64,000 nt of DNA from NCBI GenBank assembly GCA_963772725.1, contig CAVYYI010000004.1, forward strand, positions 96,001 through 160,000, read 5' to 3'. Source of the DNA: an uncultured Phycisphaerales bacterium (GTDB lineage: Bacteria; Planctomycetota; Phycisphaerae; Sedimentisphaerales; Anaerobacaceae). Below are positions 21,882-32,091 of this stretch, in pieces (position 1 is the first letter of the stretch; the number at the start of each line of letters is the position of its first letter). The position numbers and the translations under genes are program-made. Under the pieces are notes generated by a model that was given only the letters and a program-made list of their open reading frames with translations, was not told the origin of the DNA and made no database searches.

Positions 21882-22356
21882 ATGGAAACGGCAACAGAAG
21901 TAGATGAGATGTTCGGCGCAGGACTCAGCGTCCATCGAGCAAAAGGTCGAGGCAATGGCGGTATTCATTGCTCAGGAAGATGATTCGATTGAGAAACTGC
22001 AATCGGAATTAACTAAGAAGAAGGCCGCTCTGGATCAGGCCAAATCAGACTTGTCAATGCTGATGCGTCAAAACGGTATTGAGAAGATAAGCCTCAGTAA
22101 TGGCTTAACGCCCAAGGCGACGCTAACCCGCAAATTCTTCAAAGCATCTGGTGTGTCAGATGAGCAGATGTTTGACTGGCTTAAGGCGAATGAGCTGGGC
22201 GATATTATCCGTCCCTACGTTCATTACCAAACCCTGCAAGGCACGCTCAAGACGTTCAACGGCGAGATACCAGAGACAATCTTTAACGTTACAGATGTAC
22301 CGAGCATAACGATGTATGGGAAATCAAAGTTCTTAGCTAATAGAGAGGTTGCATAA
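21882..22356 (+). CDS. Conserved phage coiled-coil protein (one probable frameshift near 21920)
   Basis: RBS and ATG at 21882; main ORF has FDWLKANELGDII...VHYQTL motif typical of phage replication arms. Confidence 0.55.
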
Positions 22357-22361
22357 ATATT

Positions 22362-22916
22362 ATGAAAGAGAAAATTACAAAATTATTACAAAGCACTGGC
22401 CGCGAAGGAATAGATAGATTGATTAGCTGGCTTGAGGTGGATGGTTTTTTCACTTCGCCCGGATCGACTAAGTTTCATGGTTGTTACGCTGGCGGGTTGG
22501 CTCAGCACTCTTTTAACGTCTATGAGCTATTGAAAGAAGCAAATACTAAATACGCTCTTGGCTGCCCAGAAGAATCAATCGTTATTGCCGCATTACTGCA
22601 TGACGTATGCAAAGTGGGGGCATATCTTGGCAATTCAAAGCCATACTCATGGAATCGGTTACAGCCCAAAGGCCATGCGAGATTATCGGTAGAACGAATA
22701 AAGTCGTATATTTCGCTTACTGACCTTGAGGAGATGATGATTAAGTATCACATGGGTGTTTACGGATTGGAAGAGTTTGAACCGGGTAAAGGCGAATACA
22801 CTCTTCGCAATGAATCAATGGCCAATGCATGGTATCACCATCCAATTGTCAAAGTCATGTATTTCTGTGACGAATTTGCAACGCTCAAAGAAAAGTGCGA
22901 CGAACAAAACGCCTAA
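22362..22916 (+). CDS. HD-domain phosphohydrolase
   Basis: SPGSTKFHG..GGLAQHS, ALLHDVCK, GHA, IKYHMG, CDE. Confidence 0.88.
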   Translation: MKEKITKLLQSTGREGIDRLISWLEVDGFFTSPGSTKFHGCYAGGLAQHSFNVYELLKEANTKYALGCPEESIVIAALLHDVCKVGAYLGNSKPYSWNRLQPKGHARLSVERIKSYISLTDLEEMMIKYHMGVYGLEEFEPGKGEYTLRNESMANAWYHHPIVKVMYFCDEFATLKEKCDEQNA

Positions 22917-22973
22917 CTCTCCGGCGATTAAAAGCGAGAGAAAAAAACTAAAAACAAAAAAAAGGAGTTTGTT

Positions 22974-23156
22974 GTGGAGAAGATTCAAAAGAATTTGGAA
23001 CGTGCATTAGCGGCTTTACAGCTTGCAAATAATGAGATTGAGCGTATGCGGATTATGAAACGGACAATATCGCAAACAGGTTCGCAGGGTGTTCTGCTTG
23101 GTGAAATCAAGAGTCAGATATGCACGTTAGAAAAGACCATTGTGCCAGTAGGTTAA
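22974..23156 (+). CDS. Hypothetical protein
   Basis: 60 aa, GTG start after AAGGAG. Confidence 0.5.
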   Translation: MEKIQKNLERALAALQLANNEIERMRIMKRTISQTGSQGVLLGEIKSQICTLEKTIVPVG

Positions 23157-23224
23157 ACATTAAACGCCGAAACTCAAACGGCATAAATTTTGAGACAACA
23201 AACAAAACACAGGAGACAAAAAAC

Positions 23225-24052
23225 ATGAGTACAGAAATCGCAAAACAACAAGAAGTGGGCCAGTTGGCACTGGCGAAAGAGATTAACGATCTGTTCGGTG
23301 GTGACGAGATGCAGTTGCCAATCGACGCGCCATTACCTCAGATTAAGGTTATGAGAGAGACGCCGATGTTCGAGATGCCCGACGGTGAGCCGACGAAAGA
23401 AGTGGTAGGTCATATCCTTTACTTCCATAACGCCAACCAGTATTACGAAACAAAATTTGGCGATGGTGAGCAGGGTCCGCCATGCTGTGCCAGTTCGGAC
23501 GGCATTAAACCCGATGGCGGAACGAATCCGATGCCTGGGCCATGCAGAGGCTGTCCGTATAACGAGTACGGCTCAGCTAAGGATAAGGCTGGAAACGCCG
23601 AGAAGGGTAAGGCCTGCCAGAATACAATCCGTCTTTATGTTCTGGTGGATGGTAACGTGATACCGTGCCTTGTGAAGGCGTCACCATCGTCACTGGGCAA
23701 GAAGGAGAGCCTTTTGAAGTGGTTGACCAATGCCCCCAATATCGCCGCGGCAGCAGGTGCAGGGACACACTACCAGCCAATCAAGGTACGCTTTACTCTT
23801 CATAAGAAGGACTTCTCCAGTGGTATGTCGGCCAGTGTGATTGACATCGCCACGCTCCGGGTACTCGATCCAAAGAACGTCGAGGATATGGCCCAGATGA
23901 AGAAACTGGCCAAGATGTATAAAGACTTTATGGCGGTTTATGCAGGGCGTATCGCAAAGGACGTTGCCAATGAGTCCGCGGCTCCGGCAGAGGTTAACGA
24001 ACAGGGAAGCGTTAGCGCTGATATAAACGATGATTCCGAGATACCTATCTAA
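23225..24052 (+). CDS. Putative phage ssDNA-binding protein with Zn ligands
   Basis: PPCCASSDGIKPD, CRGCPYNEYGS, KGKACQN; acidic C-terminal tail DDSEIPI. Confidence 0.6.
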   Translation: MSTEIAKQQEVGQLALAKEINDLFGGDEMQLPIDAPLPQIKVMRETPMFEMPDGEPTKEVVGHILYFHNANQYYETKFGDGEQGPPCCASSDGIKPDGGTNPMPGPCRGCPYNEYGSAKDKAGNAEKGKACQNTIRLYVLVDGNVIPCLVKASPSSLGKKESLLKWLTNAPNIAAAAGAGTHYQPIKVRFTLHKKDFSSGMSASVIDIATLRVLDPKNVEDMAQMKKLAKMYKDFMAVYAGRIAKDVANESAAPAEVNEQGSVSADINDDSEIPI

Positions 24053-24109
24053 TATTTCTCAATTCCCCCCGATGTGGGGCGGTAATCGTGTGGTTATCGC
24101 CCCATTAAT

Positions 24110-24182
24110 CGCAGTGTAGAGAAGTAGTTATCTCGCTTGGTTCATAACCAAGAGACCGCAGGTGCAAATCCTGCCACTGCTA
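24110..24182 (+). tRNA. Phage tRNA-Met(CAT), initiator-like
   Basis: Cloverleaf: GCAGTG/CACTGC with C1xU72 mismatch, GAGA/TCTC D-stem, CTTGG-TTCATAA-CCAAG, GCAGG-TGCAAAT-CCTGC; no encoded CCA. Confidence 0.85.
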
Positions 24183-24229
24183 ATAAGTAAGATTTTGAAA
24201 CAGTCAACATTAACAAAAGGAATTGGGAA

Positions 24230-24397
24230 ATGGATAGACTTGAGAAACAAATACACAGAGAAGCGGAGCTCCAAAGGCGATTAGCGAAGTGGGGTAAAGT
24301 AAAGCCACATTGGTTTATCAGATTAATCGGTGCAATCTGGTTCGGGCTGACGTTTTGGATTGATGATGAAATTTCAATTATTGCAGAAAGGAATTGA
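24230..24397 (+). CDS. Small hypothetical protein (55 aa); not in ORF track
   Basis: MDRLEKQIHREAELQRRLAKWGK...; RBS; abuts next gene. Confidence 0.45.
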   Translation: MDRLEKQIHREAELQRRLAKWGKVKPHWFIRLIGAIWFGLTFWIDDEISIIAERN

Positions 24398-24400
24398 GAA

Positions 24401-25375
24401 ATGCAAGCGTACAAGGGAATGGACAAGAACATGAAGTGCCGAGACTTTCAGTATGAAGTCGGCAAAGAGTATGAACACAAGGGCGATGTTAAACTTTGCG
24501 AAAGCGGTTTTCATGCCTGCGAAAATCCGCTGGATGTATGGAATTACTATCCTCTAAATACAAGCAGATTTTTTGAGGTGCAGCAGGACGGCCAAACCAA
24601 AACAGATACAGATAAAACAGTATCTTCTAAGATACAGATTAAAGCAGAGTTATCTTTATCTGCCTTTATAAAATGCGGCATTGAATTCTTATGGCAGAAA
24701 ATCAAGAATTCAGCGACCACTGGCAATTATGCACATTCAGCGACCACTGGCGATGAGGCACATTCAGCGACCACTGGCAATTATGCACATTCAGCGACCA
24801 CTGGCGATGAGGCACATTCAGCGACCACTGGCGATGAGGCACATTCAGCGACCACTGGCAATTATGCACATTCAGCGACCACTGGCGATGAGGCACATTC
24901 AGCGACCACTGGCAATTATGCACATTCAGCGACCACTGGCAATTATGCACATTCAGCGACCACTGGCGATTATGCACATTCAGCGACCACTGGCAATTAT
25001 GCACATTCAGCGACCACTGGCGATGAGGCACATTCAGCGACCACTGGCAATTATGCACATTCAGCGACCACTGGCAATTATGCACATTCAGCGACCACTG
25101 GCAATTATGCACATTCAGCGACCACTGGCAATTATGCACATTCAGCGACCACTGGCGATGAGGCGATAGCATCAGCGTTAGGCGTCAACTCCAGAGCTAA
25201 AGCCGTCAATGGCTGGATTATACTTGTGGATTGGCGATATGGCGATAATAAGTGGAATATCAAAAATATTCATCACGCCAAAGTCGGTGAGAAAATCCAA
25301 AGAACGAAAATCAAACCAGATGTTTGGTATTGGTTTAAAGATGGTAAGCTTAAATCAGAAAAAGCAGGGGAGTAA
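24401..25375 (+). CDS. Phage repeat-containing protein (YKG..CRDFQYEVGK..C.SGFHACENPLD family)
   Basis: Characteristic N-terminal domain, SATTG repeats, C-terminal IKPDVWY motif. Confidence 0.8.
   Translation: MQAYKGMDKNMKCRDFQYEVGKEYEHKGDVKLCESGFHACENPLDVWNYYPLNTSRFFEVQQDGQTKTDTDKTVSSKIQIKAELSLSAFIKCGIEFLWQKIKNSATTGNYAHSATTGDEAHSATTGNYAHSATTGDEAHSATTGDEAHSATTGNYAHSATTGDEAHSATTGNYAHSATTGNYAHSATTGDYAHSATTGNYAHSATTGDEAHSATTGNYAHSATTGNYAHSATTGNYAHSATTGNYAHSATTGDEAIASALGVNSRAKAVNGWIILVDWRYGDNKWNIKNIHHAKVGEKIQRTKIKPDVWYWFKDGKLKSEKAGE
24708..25165 (+). repeat. 27-bp coding tandem repeat, 17 units (HSATTG[NY/DE/DY]A)
   Basis: ATTCAGCGACCACTGGC(AATTAT/GATGAG/GATTAT)GCAC repeated head to tail. Confidence 0.95.
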
Positions 25376-25379
25376 AAAT

Positions 25380-26792
25380 ATGAAACCTTTTGCTCATCAA
25401 GAAGAAGCGATTGATATAGGCAAGCGAGGCCCTCATGCCTTCTTCCATGATTGTGGATGCGGTAAGACGTTCACTGCCCTGCAAATTATCAAATATTGGA
25501 AAGATCGCGGCATAGGGCCTGTGATAGTAGTTTGTCCATTATCGATCATCGATGCGGCATGGCTGGAAGATTGCAGGAAGTTCACGCCAGAACTGTCTAT
25601 CGTATCGCTGCACAGCGACAAACCAGCCGAACGCAAGAAACGATTAATGGGCAGCTATGATATTTATGTCGCTAATTTCGAGACGTTCAAATCACTCTTC
25701 AAGGAGATACAGCTTAAAGGTTTTCAGGTTATTATCGTTGATGAGTCCAGCAAGATGAAATGCCCCACCAGCCAGATTACCAGGGCATTGCTCAGTATGG
25801 CTGGTATTGCAATGAAGGCAAAGAGCGGCATTAAATACCCTGCCCAGTACATCATACCGTTCAGGTACATCTTGTCGGGTACTCCGGCCCCGAATTCAGA
25901 AGATGAGTATTGGAGTCAAACAAAGTTCATCACAGGCCCCGGCAATAACGTCTTCAATGATAACTTCTACGCATTCCGCAACAGGTACTTCTACGCCATC
26001 CCGCTGGGCCGTACTGGCCAGAATATCTGGAAGTTCAGGAGAGAGACGCGTCCAGAGTTTATGGACAAGCTTAAAGAGGTTGCTCACGTAGTACGCAAGG
26101 AAGATGCAGTTGACCTGCCGGAGCAGACGCACGAGAAGAGGATAGTTATATTATCGCCCGAAGAGCAGAAGGCATACGACACGCTCAAGAATGACCTTGT
26201 GCTGGCGTTTGCCAATGAGACGATACTCGCAACATCGGCACTTGTTGAGGTTATGAAGCTTCGGCAGATAACTTCCGGCTTCTTATATGGCGATGTCATT
26301 CACCAGATTGGCAACAGTAAACTTAATGAACTGAAGGGCCTGCTGGAAGAGATTGGTGATAAGCAGGTCATTATCTGGGCTAACTTCAGGCATGAGATTG
26401 GACAATTATTAAAAGAGCTGCCAAGCAGTGACGCCCTTTGGTCAGGTTGTCCCGATAGAGACAAGACCATTCAGGGTTTCCAGAATAAGCAATATCAATA
26501 TCTGATAGCCAATCCGCAATCGGCGGCGCATGGCCTGACATTTACAAACTGTAATTACGCAGTTTATTTCTCTCTGAATTACAGCTATGAGCTTCAAAAG
26601 CAATCACAGGATAGGATACACCGCATCGGCCAGAAATGGCCCTGCACATACTACTATCTCATCGCAAGAGGAACGGTTGATGAGGTCATATACAAAACTG
26701 TTGGCGGCAAGGCGGAGCTAAGCACGGAAGTATTGAATTATCTAAGGATGGATAAGAATGGTAACCGAAACAGACAATTCCAAACCGCGTAA
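25380..26792 (+). CDS. SNF2-like (SF2) helicase
   Basis: GCGKT, IVDESS, LSGTP, AAHGLTF, QSQDRIHRIGQ. Confidence 0.92.
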   Translation: MKPFAHQEEAIDIGKRGPHAFFHDCGCGKTFTALQIIKYWKDRGIGPVIVVCPLSIIDAAWLEDCRKFTPELSIVSLHSDKPAERKKRLMGSYDIYVANFETFKSLFKEIQLKGFQVIIVDESSKMKCPTSQITRALLSMAGIAMKAKSGIKYPAQYIIPFRYILSGTPAPNSEDEYWSQTKFITGPGNNVFNDNFYAFRNRYFYAIPLGRTGQNIWKFRRETRPEFMDKLKEVAHVVRKEDAVDLPEQTHEKRIVILSPEEQKAYDTLKNDLVLAFANETILATSALVEVMKLRQITSGFLYGDVIHQIGNSKLNELKGLLEEIGDKQVIIWANFRHEIGQLLKELPSSDALWSGCPDRDKTIQGFQNKQYQYLIANPQSAAHGLTFTNCNYAVYFSLNYSYELQKQSQDRIHRIGQKWPCTYYYLIARGTVDEVIYKTVGGKAELSTEVLNYLRMDKNGNRNRQFQTA

Positions 26793-27525
26793 AATCAGAG
26801 CATTAGATTTATTCTGCAAAGCAGGCGGTGCAAGTGGCGGCCTTGTCGATGCAGGCTTTGATGTTACTGGCGTAGATATAGAGCCACAGCCGAATTATCC
26901 TTATCGCTTCATGCGGGCTGATGCTGTTAGTCTCGTGCCTGAATTCTTAAGGCTGTTCGATTTCATCTGGGCCAGTCCGCCATGCCAGCGATATAGTGCA
27001 ATGACCAAGCGATGGGGACATCGAAACAAGAAACATCCCGACCTCGTCGGGCCTGTACGTGAAATGCTTAAGTCGTCAGGCGTACCTTATGTCATAGAGA
27101 ACGTGATGGGTTCTCCGCTGGAGAATGCTGTAATGCTTTGCGGCTCAATGTTCGGCCTGCAAACAAAACAAGGTAGCCAGTTAAGACGGCACAGACTATT
27201 CGAGGCCAGCTTCCCAATTAAACAGCTTAAATGCCAGCATAATGATGGCTCTGCGATCGGAGTGTATGGGGGGGGGCAACATCCACAAAGACGAATTCCA
27301 GCAACAATAGGCGTTTACGGCCATGCGGGCGGCTCCAGCAAGAGAGACAATCTGGATATGGCCTGCTTTACTACTCAGGCCCGAAGGGACGCTATGGGTA
27401 TTCAGTGGATGTCAGGGAAAGAATTATCTCAGGCGGTTCCTCCTGCTTACGCTCATTATATTGCGACAGAGTTCTTGAGGTCAATACCGTCTGTTCAAGA
27501 GGAGGTGCATAATGGAGTCGCGTAA
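26758..27525 (+). CDS. DNA cytosine-5 methyltransferase (phage type)
   Basis: LDLFCKAGGA, WASPPCQ, VIENV, RRHRLF, QAVPPAY. Confidence 0.9.
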   Translation: MVTETDNSKPRKIRALDLFCKAGGASGGLVDAGFDVTGVDIEPQPNYPYRFMRADAVSLVPEFLRLFDFIWASPPCQRYSAMTKRWGHRNKKHPDLVGPVREMLKSSGVPYVIENVMGSPLENAVMLCGSMFGLQTKQGSQLRRHRLFEASFPIKQLKCQHNDGSAIGVYGGGQHPQRRIPATIGVYGHAGGSSKRDNLDMACFTTQARRDAMGIQWMSGKELSQAVPPAYAHYIATEFLRSIPSVQEEVHNGVA

Positions 27526-27814
27526 AACCGGATCACAAATACAATCCGCGATACTGGACTACGTCCGGCACAAAACCAATGGCCGCATATTGGCCTACAA
27601 AGTCGAGATAGCATCAGAGCGGGGCGTACCAGACCTGCTTTGCTGTATTAACGGCAGGTTCGTTGGTATCGAGATTAAAGGGGCCAGTGACAGCATTACA
27701 CCAATCCAGGTAGCCCAGGCAGCGAGAATCATAACGGCAGGGGGCAAATGTCATGTAGTTAAAAGCTTGAACGATTTCAAGCAGGTTTTAATTAAGTTAG
27801 GAGAAGAAATATAA
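27512..27814 (+). CDS. VRR-NUC nuclease
   Basis: GVPDLLCCINGRFVGIEIK...TPIQ. Confidence 0.9.
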   Translation: MESRKTGSQIQSAILDYVRHKTNGRILAYKVEIASERGVPDLLCCINGRFVGIEIKGASDSITPIQVAQAARIITAGGKCHVVKSLNDFKQVLIKLGEEI

Positions 27815-28285
27815 TGGCAAAAGTAATTCAGAAGGAAATGGACAAAATTAAGCAAGTGGCCGCGGAGCTGCTCGTCTCGAACGAAAAAGATTAAGAAAGA
27901 CGATCTTGTTCGTGCCACAATCCAGACAGAACCGCTGGTAGTGAAGCTGACGGAAGCAGAACTGCTTGAGGCGGGCTCTAATCTGGCTCAGGCGTTGGCT
28001 GATGAAGCGGCGTTAGAGCAGGAGAAGGCACAGATGGCTTCCAGCTATGCCGCTAAAATCAAAGAGGCCAGCGGCAAAATCGACAATCTGCGTATGCTTG
28101 TCAAAAACAAAAGCGATATGCGGAAGGTCGATTGCGTTGAGGTTATGGATAACTCAAGCGGGCTTGTCTTTGTTGTCCGTATGGATACCAAAGAAATTAT
28201 CCGCGAACGTAAAATGACCAGCGACGAACGGCAATCCGAGATTATCTGGCCGGACGAAGCAGGGCAGCCAGAGGATAAAGAATAA
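27814..28285 (+). CDS. Hypothetical coiled-coil protein (probable frameshift near 27890)
   Basis: RBS and ATG at 27814; main ORF 27941-28285. Confidence 0.45.
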
Positions 28286-29334
28286 TGATAGCCGTCGAGG
28301 TATCACAACAGCAGGGACAGGCCATTACGCAGGCCGTTGATGCGGTAAAGGCAGGGAAGCCGCTTTACCGCATCGGCGGTTACGCCGGAACAGGCAAGAC
28401 GACCGTCGCCAAGTATATCGTTGAAGAGGTAGAGGATGCGATGGTATGTGCCTTTACTGGCAAGGCCGCCTGCAGGTTAAGAGAGAAGGGATTACCACAG
28501 GCGATAACAATACACCGGACTATTTATTATTTCGATCCTTCCAGTGGCAAATTCCATCTTAAACCGGAGGTTGACGGCAAGTACTTCTTAATCGACGAAG
28601 GCTCAATGATAAGCCTGCCAATCTGGAATGACCTTCAAACGTTCAATCTGCCAATTATCCTGCTCGGCGATCCGGGCCAGCTTGAGCCAATTGGTAACGA
28701 TCCGAAGCTTATGCACGATCCGGATATCGTCCTCAATCAGATACACAGGCAGGCGGAGGGTTGCGGCATTATACAATTCGCCACGGATATCAGGCTCGAT
28801 CGTCAATTATATCAAAATTACCTTGATTGCCAGATTTATCGCGGGCAAAAGCCGCTGGTTAAAGACATTAAGTGGGCTGATATTATTATATGCGGTTATA
28901 ACCGCACAAGGCTCGTAATCAACAGGCTTATCAGGCAGATAAACGGATTTACAGGCCTGCTTAATAAAGATGAGAAGATAATAGTTCTCAAGAACAATCC
29001 CGCGGTCGGCGTCTTCAACGGCCAGATACTAACAGTTAAAGAGGTCATATCAAGCAACAAGCTTATAACCAAGGCTATCTGCTCTACGGACGACGGCATC
29101 GACCTGACATTGCCATTAGTCACCGCCCAGTTCGGTTCCGATCCCATCAAATCTACCGACAGGGTGAATGTGTACGCTGACTATGGGTATTGCATCACGT
29201 GCCATAAGTCACAGGGCAGCGAGTGGGACAAGGTTCTTGTTATCGACGAGCAATGCGACGCATGGGAGGCGAAGCGGTGGAGATATACGGCAATAACCAG
29301 GGCGGCAAGGGAAGTGAGGTACTTTTTTAAATGA
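28285..29334 (+). CDS. RecD/Dda-like SF1 helicase
   Basis: GYAGTGKTT, AFTGKAA, IDEGSM, GDPGQL, HRQ, YCITCHKSQGSEW, YTAITRA. Confidence 0.93.
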   Translation: MIAVEVSQQQGQAITQAVDAVKAGKPLYRIGGYAGTGKTTVAKYIVEEVEDAMVCAFTGKAACRLREKGLPQAITIHRTIYYFDPSSGKFHLKPEVDGKYFLIDEGSMISLPIWNDLQTFNLPIILLGDPGQLEPIGNDPKLMHDPDIVLNQIHRQAEGCGIIQFATDIRLDRQLYQNYLDCQIYRGQKPLVKDIKWADIIICGYNRTRLVINRLIRQINGFTGLLNKDEKIIVLKNNPAVGVFNGQILTVKEVISSNKLITKAICSTDDGIDLTLPLVTAQFGSDPIKSTDRVNVYADYGYCITCHKSQGSEWDKVLVIDEQCDAWEAKRWRYTAITRAAREVRYFFK

Positions 29335-29498
29335 GCGACCAAAAAGAGCTTAGGAAAATGTTGAAAGATTTACTCAATCTCGAAAGTGGTTTATCGGATT
29401 GGGAAATTGAATTCATTGATAGCCTGAATAATTGGGTTAATGATTTCACACCTAAGCAGATTAATAAAATTGAAGCATTATGGGGAAAGCACTTTTAA
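29331..29498 (+). CDS. Small hypothetical protein (55 aa); not in ORF track
   Basis: MSDQKELRKMLKDLLNLESGLSDWEIEFIDSL...TPKQ; ATGA-coupled to the helicase gene. Confidence 0.55.
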   Translation: MSDQKELRKMLKDLLNLESGLSDWEIEFIDSLNNWVNDFTPKQINKIEALWGKHF

Positions 29499-29499
29499 A

Positions 29500-31887
29500 A
29501 TGATAAAAGACTTCACTCAACATCTCGGTTTAAAGTTCCTTCGTCAGGAAGGTAACGAGCTTATACACGAGTGTCCATGGTGCAGTGGCCCTAAGTTCTA
29601 CGTGAACAGCACGACAGGGGCCTGGCAATGCTTCCACGGATGCGGAGAGGGCCATCCATACCAGTTGGTAAAGAAATTGACGGCACTGGAAGCCAAGGGA
29701 GTATTTGAATTACTGGAGCGGTTCGGCCTCGGTCAGGATACGGCAAAGACGCATCAGCCGACCGAGCAGGCTGTTAAGAAGCTGTATTTGAAGCCGGAGG
29801 ACGTCAGGACGCTCCCATTGCTCGATCAGCTTACGTTCTGCCATGCCAAGGGCCTAAGTCGCGACGCATTAGCCAAGCTAAGGCCATATCGCCACGCCAG
29901 AGAGCCGTGGGTACTCATTCCCGCGTTCGACCCGGGTGATATGAACAAAGCCTGCGGATGGATCCGTTCAGGTATTGACGGCCAGCTAATACCCATCAAG
30001 TACATGGAGGATGGCGTAGTAAAGGTCAAAGAAGAGAAATATCCGGTTGTTAAAGGCTCTCAGCCGGGCCTGCTGGGCCTGCACGCACTGGGAGAGCGTC
30101 AAACGGACACTATTTATTACGTAGAGGGGTGGAAAGATTTAACCGCGGCATTGCAGTTTAACCTGCCGGCACTTGCTAATAGCAATGGAGCGGGCAAATG
30201 GCGGGATAGCTGGCTCAAAGTCTTTAAAGATAAGATCGTCTATATCGTAGGCGATTGCGACGATGCCGGCGTTAAAGGCGCCAAGAAGTTCGCCGCGGCG
30301 ATCCACGGCACAGCCAAGGACGTGCTGATTGTGTCCCTGCCCTACGAACACAGGCCCAAGAACGGCGAGGATCTGCACGATTACATCGTCCGCGATAAAC
30401 ATACCAAAGAAGACCTGCAGGCGTTGATTAATAAGGCGGCCAGGTATGTGCCGGAGCCAGAGCAGGCCAATAAAGGGATTATCATACTCCCGGACGACAA
30501 TCCAGATACGATTGCCGAGGCGTTCTGGCGTAATAGCAGAGATAAAGACGTGCAGCACAAGTATAACCGCTATGACGGATGGAGTATTTACCACAAAGAC
30601 AAATACCAGCGGGTAGAGGATATTAAAGAGATAAGGCTCCATATCCGCAAATTTATAGCTAAATGCTGTCTCAAGAAGAAGGGCGTTAATATCCGTATCA
30701 AACAATCGTCCGGCTTCATCGGCGATATCCTTGAGGCATTAGCGGCCATGGAAGAGGTACATTTACTGCCCAGTAAGAAGGCCCCATGCTCATTAGATGG
30801 AAAGCTTAATGCCCAATACACAATCGCGACAAACAATGCCTTAATCGATATATCATCGAGGCCCTATAAGGTTGAACCAGTATCAAAACAGTTCTACACG
30901 CTGAATTACCTGACATATAACTACGAAAAAGATGCTTTCTCAGATAAATGGGGAAGCTTCCTCGCGGATATCACACAAAGCGATTTAGATTTAATGCTGT
31001 TATTGCAGCAATGGTGTGGATATCTGTTATTGCCAACGCTCAAGTATCAAAAATTCGTTATATGCGTCGGAGATGGAGCTAACGGTAAAGGAGTGTTCTT
31101 CGACACAATAACAGCCGCCCTGGGCCGAAAGAATGTGTCTAATGTGCCTCTTGCCCGGTTTGATAATCCGTATGCAATCTATGGCTCGTACGGCAAGCTG
31201 GTGAATATGTCCAATGAAAATGCAAGGAATATCGAGGATGGGGCAGAGTCGCTCATTAAAGAGTATGTTGCAGGCGATCAGATTGTTTGGGAGCAAAAGT
31301 ACAAAGACGCCTTTTTCGCATTTCCAACAGCTAAGCTTATGTTTGCCACAAACGAATTACCTAAAATCAAAGATGTCTCAGATGGTATCTGGCGTAGATT
31401 GATACTTATCCCATTCAATGCCAAGTTCACGGGCAATAAACAAAATACAAATCTGGCAAAGGAATTGCAACAGCCAGAAGAGTTGGCGGGAATACTAAAT
31501 TGGATGCTGGAAGGGGCAGAGATTTTAGAAAAGAGTAAGGGATTTATTGAGCCAAATATATGCAAAAATGCTCTCGATAAATACCGCGACGAGAGCGATT
31601 CCGTGAGAATGTTCTTAACGGAAATGATGGAAATTGACCCTGACGGAGAGACAGAAAACGCCTGCCAAATTCCCTGCACTTGGCTACATCAACAGTACCA
31701 AAAATGGTGCGACGAGAATGGCTTCAAGGCTAAAAATAACGTCCATTTTGGACAGACTGTCTTCCAACTTTACCCTGTCCAAAAATCTCGTCCATGGTTC
31801 GGAGAACGAAAAGTTAACGTCTATGTTGGGATGAAACCGCAAGAAGGTAGTGAGATTTTCGGAGAACTCAAAAAATGGACAGCATAA
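29500..31887 (+). CDS. Primase-helicase: Zn finger + TOPRIM + D5/P4-type SF3 helicase
   Basis: CPWC..CFHGC, VEGWKD, GDCDDAG, GDGANGKGVF, FATNELP, WRRL. Confidence 0.92.
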   Translation: MIKDFTQHLGLKFLRQEGNELIHECPWCSGPKFYVNSTTGAWQCFHGCGEGHPYQLVKKLTALEAKGVFELLERFGLGQDTAKTHQPTEQAVKKLYLKPEDVRTLPLLDQLTFCHAKGLSRDALAKLRPYRHAREPWVLIPAFDPGDMNKACGWIRSGIDGQLIPIKYMEDGVVKVKEEKYPVVKGSQPGLLGLHALGERQTDTIYYVEGWKDLTAALQFNLPALANSNGAGKWRDSWLKVFKDKIVYIVGDCDDAGVKGAKKFAAAIHGTAKDVLIVSLPYEHRPKNGEDLHDYIVRDKHTKEDLQALINKAARYVPEPEQANKGIIILPDDNPDTIAEAFWRNSRDKDVQHKYNRYDGWSIYHKDKYQRVEDIKEIRLHIRKFIAKCCLKKKGVNIRIKQSSGFIGDILEALAAMEEVHLLPSKKAPCSLDGKLNAQYTIATNNALIDISSRPYKVEPVSKQFYTLNYLTYNYEKDAFSDKWGSFLADITQSDLDLMLLLQQWCGYLLLPTLKYQKFVICVGDGANGKGVFFDTITAALGRKNVSNVPLARFDNPYAIYGSYGKLVNMSNENARNIEDGAESLIKEYVAGDQIVWEQKYKDAFFAFPTAKLMFATNELPKIKDVSDGIWRRLILIPFNAKFTGNKQNTNLAKELQQPEELAGILNWMLEGAEILEKSKGFIEPNICKNALDKYRDESDSVRMFLTEMMEIDPDGETENACQIPCTWLHQQYQKWCDENGFKAKNNVHFGQTVFQLYPVQKSRPWFGERKVNVYVGMKPQEGSEIFGELKKWTA

Positions 31888-32091
31888 CAAGACAACTGGA
31901 CAATATAAGCCATGTCCAAAAAAATGGCGTTTCTGGTGAAATAACTGGGGATTTAACGCTTGGACGTAGTGGACATAGTAGTTTTATAGAAAAACTAATA
32001 ACTAAGAAAATAATCAGTATAAACCCAAAAGAAAAAGAAAAAGAAGAATATAGAAAGAACAATAGGGAAAGTACTGTGTCCAATGTGTCCA
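31876..32091. other. Putative prophage replication origin
   Basis: Seven TGGAC(A/G)/TGTCCA motifs around an A-rich tract directly after the primase-helicase gene. Confidence 0.5.

Noticed and set aside
22362..22916. Z-genome (DatZ/PurZ) or other base-modification pathway
   Set aside because: Only a generic HD protein; no PurZ, MazZ or phage polymerase visible
24708..25165. CRISPR array
   Set aside because: No unique spacers, the 27-bp period is in frame within a gene, and no cas genes are present
24681..25172. Alternative-frame repeat ORFs (IQRPLA and QWSLNV repeats)
   Set aside because: Shadow frames of the stop-free tandem repeat
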